From Ranitomeya imitator (lineage: Eukaryota), in assembly GCF_032444005.1 (NCBI RefSeq), contig NC_091283.1, forward strand, positions 39,990,001 through 40,054,000: a stretch of DNA of 64,000 bases, in the 5' to 3' direction. Position 1 is the stretch's first letter, and every line of letters starts with the position of its first letter. The notes beneath the pieces were generated by a model. The model worked only from the letters and a program-made list of their open reading frames with translations, did not search any database and had not been told where the DNA came from. Both the position numbers and the translations under genes were made by a program. Below, one piece after another: positions 57,030 to 64,000 of this stretch.

Positions 57030-59479
57030 AACAAAGCGAAGTCTATATATTGACTGCAGGTCACATAGACGATACCACTATAAATCATATAACTAACAAA
57101 GCATAAGTGGAAAAATTAAAACGTAACTTTTATTATGACTAAAGTCACACACAAAAAAAACTCAAACCAAACACCCAAGTAAATAAAAATACTGGGGCAG
57201 AGTCTCAGGCAATTGGTGTGGTGCCCACAGAGACTAATTATCCCAAAATAATGTCCTCCACAGCATAGTGGAGATATCATAAGAACTAGAAATTGACATA
57301 TGGAGCTGGAGTAAAATAACGTCAACAGCACACAACGTCAAGCTAGTTACATTAACAAGCAATAAAAACCATCAAATAGTCGCCTATAGACAGTGCCACT
57401 GATGGCTATAACTAATATAAAAAAGGAACAATCTCACCGGTTCCAAGATGAGGGCCCAGGAGCACCGGATAATTTTCTGGTCAGAAGAAAGTCCGGAAAA
57501 GTGATGGAGACGACAGTCCCTATGTCAGTCCCTATGGGGCTATCGATAGACTATCCCCAAAGCTCCTGCCCTTACAAGGGCAGTCCACAGCTACCCCTGT
57601 CCAAACATGCCCTGCACTCTCCCTGTATATTCCGTCCCGACGCGTTTCATCCAAGCAGAATCCTCAGGGGACTTTCTTGTGCATGGAGATAGAGTGCTAA
57701 AAAGGAGGGACACTAAGTCCTGCCAACCTCAATGCTGTCTTGCAGAGAGTGAACACGGCAATGGGCTAATGCTTATATAGCAAAAAGGGGAGGCGGATAT
57801 CATGTGTTAATATAACCACTTCCCATAGGGAATCATATGGCAGCTAAAGGTAACCATGACGACTGGGTAAACCAAATAGGGGAACCCACTAAATCTTATC
57901 ATATAATGTGCCAAAAACGTACATTGCAGACCACAAAAGTGTAGTTAAAATGCGGCAAAAGTACCTAACAGTGCGCCCCTATATTGTATACATGAGGGCC
58001 CCTGCTTGTGCTGCAAGCCTGATACCACGCTGTAAATTCAAAAGTAAGACGCCATCATAAACAATGTGGCGCCGCCAGTACATCCTGTGGCAAGGAACGC
58101 CCCAGAAATGAAGGTCGCCGGGCAACCCACAGGACGCTGGGCGCAGGAATCAGGCCATTCTACCTAGCGTATCCGAGCGCCGGAAGTAGGCGTTGCCGAG
58201 CAACGGAGACGCAAGCCGCAGCCCCTGTAAGTCGGAATGCAGCGGGCGTCCCGGATGTTAAAATTACCCGGCAACCCACAAGACGCTAAACGCAGGGATT
58301 GGCCAGTGACTAAGGCCAATAATCCCTGCGTGTTCAAGCGCCGGAAGTAGACGTTGCCGGGCAACGAAGACGCCAGCCGTAGCCCCTATCAGCCGGAATG
58401 AAGCGGCATGACTGGGCGGCACATAGAGGAACAGGCGCCACACTGACAGCCCACCCCCCACGAGTACGCGCGCGCCAGAAAGAGCAAACAATAGCTCCTA
58501 TAACCGACGCGCGCGCATCGGAAGGAGGGGTTACTAAGCAACAAAAGGGCGCACATTAGTGGCTATAGATAAAATTGGTAAGCAACAGATGGACACTAAG
58601 CGCAATAATAGCACCAAGTAGCAGTATCCCAATAAAAGGGACTGACAGCAATAGGTGTAGTTTAGGCAAACCCTAAAAGCTTAACAAGAATATATCACGG
58701 TGCTAAAAATACACCAAGGATTATGAAGATATACCCCTATATAAGAGCGATGGGCAGCTCCCACATAAAACCACATGCCCACTGTACCAAAAAAGAAAGG
58801 GAATGCAACGCTACGTACTGTGTGCCCTTGCGTGAACAAATATATATGTACACCGCATGCCCGGGCGAAAAAAAACCCCCAAGACAGCGGTCACATAATG
58901 TAAAACGCAAACTAGACACACATATCTAGGCACCTACGGCCACGGAAAAATTGGCCACCACGCTGTATAGATAACCCACAATCAGACAGAGCGCCAAAAG
59001 CAATGGAATAATCATCCAGAGAAAAGGGGCGCCTCGTGAGTAAGAGTGGGTGTGATATACTACAGTAATGGATATAATTTGTATGATTAACCAGATAGCA
59101 AAAAGAATGATAACTGCCATATGAAAACCCATACCGAGAATGAATTACGGTATATTATAAATGAGTAAAACCATTGTTGATCATGAAAATCCCATAACAA
59201 AATTGGGTGGAAATAAATAGGACTTAGGCATACTAAGATAACACTGACTGTGTAACACCTCCATATGTCAATTTCTAGTTCTTATGATATCTCCACTATG
59301 CTGTGGAGGACATCATTTTGTCCTTTCTGGGGATAATTAGTCTCTGTGGGCACCACACCAATTGCCTGAGACTCTGCCCCAGTATTTTTATTTACTTGGG
59401 TGTTTGGTTTGAGTTTTTTTTGTGTGTGACTTTAGTCATAATAAAAGTTACGTTTTAATTTTTCCACTTATGCTTTGTT
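57030..59479 (-). mobile_element. 2.45-kb RT-less element with hammerhead motif and ~210-bp inverted repeats (Penelope-derived non-autonomous candidate)
   Basis: 17-bp TSD agcaattgcaaactaaa (57013-57029, 59480-59496); arms 57094-57305 and 59259-59480. Confidence 0.75.
57634..57672 (-). ncRNA. Minimal type I hammerhead-like motif
   Basis: GTCCC-CTGAGGA-TTCTGCTTGGAT-GAAA-CGCG-TC-GGGAC; perfect stem I, canonical core, imperfect stem II. Confidence 0.65.
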
Positions 59480-60435
59480 AGCAATTGCAAACTAAACATG
59501 GTGTACCGAGATCCCAGTTTTTTCGATTATCTACAACTAAGGTCAGCCATTCAATCGCATATGAGACATACAGGCGCAGGTCGAGCTATATCCTCTCTAC
59601 CCTTGATAGGAATTCTCAACTTGCAGGGTCCCCAATGCGTTATCTCCTCTCTATATACCTATATGCTATCATCGGGAGCTGTATCCACCGTAAGATCTAT
59701 TAAGGGGAAATGGGGGGGGACTTCTTTCCGATATACAAGAGGAGGAATGGGAAGATATGCTTGAATCTGAAATTAAAGTATCTCCATCAGTTAATAATAG
59801 GATGACCCAGCCATACATAATACATCAATCGTACTTAACCCCGATACGACTTTTTAAAATGGGTCGATTCCAAACACCAGAGTGTCTGCGATGTCACTCA
59901 ATGGATGCAGACTTTATTCACATGGTATGGAGGTGCCCTATCATTCTTCATTACTGGAAAGAGGCGACGTCACTATTAACATCTTTGCTATTAATTCCTG
60001 TCCCCCTTGATCCATTGATTTGCATATTTGGAGTATGGGGGGGTTGGAGACATGGGATCATTATACTGATATTTTCTTACGAGAGACGCTCTTTATGGCA
60101 CGGAAGGTGTTGGCACTGCGGTGGATGGGGAGCTCATGTCCATCTCTGAGAACTTGGATCGACCTGGTAAATTTGGTTATTCCATATGAACGTACGTTGT
60201 ACCAGAACAGAGGGCGTCCGGGCGAATTTGAAAAAATCTGGGGTAGATGGAATTCTTCCCATCTTACTCTATAGATATGTCATAATCGGCTTTGGTGCTG
60301 GTTGGGGGACAGACACGAGGTAAAGTTTCCTTTCTTTTCCAGTATTTCTAACGCGGCAAATTAGTAGTTATTGTAGTTACAGTTATAATTCAAGACTTAT
60401 GTTTTTAAGTTTCTATTTACATAAATAAATGTAAT

Positions 60436-62601
60436 CTGGTAGACTGGGACAATATCCTCAGAAATGAGAATACAGATAATAAATGGGAAATGTTTAAGAA
60501 CATCCTAAATAGGCAGTGTAAGCGGTTTATACCTTGTGGGAATAAAAGGACTAGAAATAGGAAAAACCCAATGTGGCTAAACAAAGAAGTAAGACAGGCA
60601 ATTAACAGTAAAAAGAAAGCATTTGCACTACTAAAGCAGGATGGCACCATTGAAGCTCTAAAAAACTATAGGGAGAAAAATACTTTATCTAAAAAACTAA
60701 TTAAAGCTGCCAAAAAGGAAACAGAGAAGCACATTGCTAAGGAGAGTAAAACTAATCCCAAACTGTTCTTCAACTATATCAATAGTAAAAGAATAAAAAC
60801 TGAAAATGTAGGCCCCTTAAAAAATAGTGAGGAAAGAATGGTTGTAGATGACGAGGAAAAAGCTAACATATTAAACACCTTCTTCTCCACGGTATTCACG
60901 GTGGAAAATGAAATGCTAGGTGAAATCCCAAGAAACAATGAAAACCCTATATTAAGGGTCACCAATCTAACCCAAGAAGAGGTGCGAAACCGGCTAAATA
61001 AGATTAAAATAGATAAATCTCCGGGTCCGGATGGCATACACCCACGAGTACTAAGAGAACTAAGTAATGTAATAGATAAACCATTATTTCTTATTTTTAG
61101 TGACTCTATAGCGACAGGGTCTGTTCCGCAGGACTGGCGCATAGCAAATGTGGTGCCAATATTCAAAAAGGGCTCTAAAAGTGAACCTGGAAATTATAGG
61201 CCAGTAAGTCTAACCTCTATTGTTGGTAAAATATTTGAAGGGTTTCTGAGGGATGTTATTCTGGATTATCTCAATGAGAATAACTGTTTAACTCCATATC
61301 AGCATGGGTTTATGAGAAATCGCTCCTGTCAAACCAATCTAATCAGTTTTTATGAAGAGGTAAGCTATAGACTGGACCACGGTGAGTCATTGGACGTGGT
61401 ATATCTCGATTTTTCCAAAGCGTTTGATACCGTGCCGCACAAGAGGTTGGTACACAAAATGAGAATGCTTGGTCTGGGGGAAAATGTGTGTAAATGGGTT
61501 AGTAACTGGCTTAGTGATAGAAAGCAGAGGGTGGTTATAAATGGTATAGTCTCTAACTGGGTCGCTGTGACCAGTGGGGTACCGCAGGGGTCAGTATTGG
61601 GACCTGTTCTCTTCAACATATTCATTAATGATCTGGTAGAAGGTTTACATAGTAAAATATCGATATTTGCAGATGATACAAAACTATGTAAAGCAGTTAA
61701 TACAAGAGAAGATAGTATTCTGCTACAGATGGATCTGGATAAGTTGGAAACTTGGGCTGAAAGGTGGCAGATGAGGTTTAACAATGATAAATGTAAGGTT
61801 ATACACATGGGAAGAGGGAATCAATATCACCATTACACACTGAACGGGAAACCACTGGGTAAATCTGACAGGGAGAAGGACTTGGGGATCCTAGTTAATG
61901 ATAAACTTACCTGGAGCAGCCAGTGCCAGGCAGCAGCTGCCAAGGCAAACAGGATCATGGGGTGCATTAAAAGAGGTCTGGATACACATGATGAGAGCAT
62001 TATACTGCCTCTGTACAAATCCCTAGTTAGACCGCACATGGAGTACTGTGTCCAGTTTTGGGCACCGGTGCTCAGGAAGGATATAATGGAACTAGAGAGA
62101 GTACAAAGGAGGGCAACAAAATTAATAAAGGGGATGGGAGAACTACAATACCCAGATAGATTAGCGAAATTAGGATTATTTAGTCTAGAAAAAAGACGAC
62201 TGAGGGGCGATCTAATAACCATGTATAAGTATATAAGGGGACAATACAAATATCTCGCTGAGGATCTGTTTATACCAAGGAAGGTGACGGGCACAAGGGG
62301 GCATTCTTTGCGTCTGGAGGAGAGAAGGTTTTTCCACCAACATAGAAGAGGATTCTTTACTGTTAGGGCAGTGAGAATCTGGAATTGCTTGCCTGAGGAG
62401 GTGGTGATGGCGAACTCAGTCGAGGGGTTCAAGAGAGGCCTGGATGTCTTCCTGGAGCAGAACAATATTGTATCATACAATTATTAGGTTCTGTAGAAGG
62501 ACGTAGATCTGGGTATTTATTATGATGGAATATAGGCTGAACTGGATGGACAAATGTCTTTTTTCGGCCTTACTAACTATGTTACTATGTTACTATGTTA
62601 T
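60436..62601 (+). mobile_element. 5'-truncated CR1-type LINE in the L1 3' UTR
   Basis: (CTATGTTA)n tail at 62578-62601; uninterrupted RT ORF; 5' boundary approximate. Confidence 0.92.
60490..62487 (+). CDS. CR1 ORF2 fragment (RT domain, 665 aa, no endonuclease domain)
   Basis: KSPGPDGIHPRVL, YRPVSLTS, QHGF, DFSKAFD, FADD. Confidence 0.88.
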   Translation: MFKNILNRQCKRFIPCGNKRTRNRKNPMWLNKEVRQAINSKKKAFALLKQDGTIEALKNYREKNTLSKKLIKAAKKETEKHIAKESKTNPKLFFNYINSKRIKTENVGPLKNSEERMVVDDEEKANILNTFFSTVFTVENEMLGEIPRNNENPILRVTNLTQEEVRNRLNKIKIDKSPGPDGIHPRVLRELSNVIDKPLFLIFSDSIATGSVPQDWRIANVVPIFKKGSKSEPGNYRPVSLTSIVGKIFEGFLRDVILDYLNENNCLTPYQHGFMRNRSCQTNLISFYEEVSYRLDHGESLDVVYLDFSKAFDTVPHKRLVHKMRMLGLGENVCKWVSNWLSDRKQRVVINGIVSNWVAVTSGVPQGSVLGPVLFNIFINDLVEGLHSKISIFADDTKLCKAVNTREDSILLQMDLDKLETWAERWQMRFNNDKCKVIHMGRGNQYHHYTLNGKPLGKSDREKDLGILVNDKLTWSSQCQAAAAKANRIMGCIKRGLDTHDESIILPLYKSLVRPHMEYCVQFWAPVLRKDIMELERVQRRATKLIKGMGELQYPDRLAKLGLFSLEKRRLRGDLITMYKYIRGQYKYLAEDLFIPRKVTGTRGHSLRLEERRFFHQHRRGFFTVRAVRIWNCLPEEVVMANSVEGFKRGLDVFLEQNNIVSYNY

Positions 62602-63621
62602 AACATATATGGTGCAGATGACCCGACATACACAATTTATAGTTACAAGAGAACACTTGTTCTAAATAAAAATATGCATTTTATTGCATGTTTAGCAATG
62701 CATAAAATTATAGGTACATTATATTATGTTCAATAATAATGGATACAAATGTGTATGTAAGTTTATTTTGTTGTTAATAAACGAATTAAAAAAAAAAAAA
62801 AGTCGCCTAATCACGTATACCTCATGAGGAACGGCGTGAAACATCAAACCAATTCTTCACCTGCTATTGATTTGTTTATTCCGCTTCCCAAAAGACGGCA
62901 GTAAGGATTCGTTCACGTTTATCCTGCCACCTATGCTGAGCGCTAATATACCAGGGTTTCCATGTAAATCTCTGAAATACTTGATTCAGACAGAACCCCC
63001 AGCAGAAGTTTCCCTAGAATGAGGCAGATGGAGGCATTGTGGACGCTATAGGACCTATGTTCCAGTGGTGTCCATCTTTTTAGGCAAGCATAAAAGCGCA
63101 GTCGACCACAGTTTTGTCCACTTTTGAAAAGAAGGACACCGCTGAACAGAGGCCAGACGGACTCCAGAGCAACTCTTTTGCCTCATTATAGTAAATGGAT
63201 CCCTCATGGGTTTCATCTGTCATGTCACTCACAGATTTAGATGGAAACCCAAAGTAAGTGCTCAGCGTAGAGCGCTGGATAAATGTGATCCCAAACGTTA
63301 TGTAAAATGTTCCCAATAGAAAAGTTCAACTCAATCCACAAAAAAAGCAAGTCCCCACTTCGGTCTGTCATCTGTTAACGGAAGTATAGGGGGCATCCAT
63401 GTTACTGGTAGCACAAAGGCTCTGGAAAAGCGAAATGGCTCCACATCCCTCAAAAGAAATTCAGCAAATTCTGCACTCCCAAATCAAAATGTCCCCCTCT
63501 CTTCTGAGCCCCAGTGTGCCTAAACAGCAGTTAAGTGTCCACATGTTTGGCATTTCTGTAGTGATGAGAGCCTGCCTAATTTACAGGTGCGTGTCTTCAG
63601 AAGCGTGAGCTGGGCATAATG

Positions 63622-63977
63622 TACTGGTCACTACAGCGTACTGGTCACTACAACGTACTGGTCACTACAGAATACTGGTCACTACAACGTACTGGTCACT
63701 ACAGCGTACTGGTCACTACAGTGTACTGGTCACTACAGCATACTGGTCACTACAACGTACTGGTCACTACAACGTACTGGTCACTACAGCATACTGGTCA
63801 CTACAACGTACTGGTCACTACAGCATACTGGTCACTACAGTGTACTGGTCACTACAGCATACTGGTCACTACAACGTACTGGTCACTACAACGTACTGGT
63901 CACTACAGCATACTGGTCACTACAACGTACTGGTCACTACAATGTACTGGTCACTACAGCGTACTGGTCACTACAGC
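63622..63977. repeat. 17-bp minisatellite TACTGGTCACTACA(A/G)(C/T)(G/A), about 21 copies
   Basis: Direct tandem repeat. Confidence 0.93.
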
Positions 63978-64000
63978 AGCAGTTTGCAGTTTTCACTCAG

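Larger units (their letters stand above)
53256..60274 (+). pseudogene. L1 ORF2 (APE endonuclease, RT, C-terminal Cys motif), frameshifted and interrupted
   Basis: WNVRG, ETH, GDFN, SDHSP; LDAAKAFD, GTRQGCPLSP, YADD; CLRC...HMVWRC. Confidence 0.9.
51263..62798 (+). mobile_element. Full-length L1-clade LINE, degenerate, with three nested insertions
   Basis: 15-bp TSD aaagtcgcctaatca (51248-51262, 62799-62813); AATAAA at ~62777 and poly(A); ORF1 and ORF2 in order. Confidence 0.92.

Noticed and set aside
44024-62480. 215-aa and 147-aa antisense ORFs present twice
   Set aside because: Reverse frames of two near-identical CR1 copies, so not independent conservation
63622-63977. Possible CRISPR array
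   Set aside because: Contiguous 17-bp units with only 2-3 variable bases; ordinary minisatellite

Overview
Vertebrate genomic DNA, most likely a frog judging from the repeat families (inference). The host genes are the 5' part of TIMM50 (minus strand, 8 coding exons from 9852 to the window edge) and two intact type III interferon (IFN-lambda-like) paralogs arranged head-to-head (minus 40166-38546; plus 47249-48659). Each paralog has five coding exons with phase-0 introns and a candidate extra upstream exon. Most of the rest is nested mobile DNA. First, a Tc1 element is split by a TTAA-flanked piggyBac-like element carrying telomere-like arrays, a MITE and a near-intact Penelope retroelement. 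Second, two young sister chromodomain Ty3/Gypsy elements are nested, one inside the other's LTR. Third, a full-length L1 holds a solo LTR, a hammerhead-bearing non-coding element and a CR1. There are also Helitron ends, MITEs and minisatellites. The most notable signals are three unrelated hammerhead-ribozyme-bearing element families (one a 314-nt retrozyme-like unit with canonical cores), compensatory base changes supporting tRNA-independent self-priming in the LTR elements, and the IFN-lambda pair with a 5'-to-3' identity gradient. Coordinates and alignments were counted by eye and may be off by a few bases. No database searches were run.
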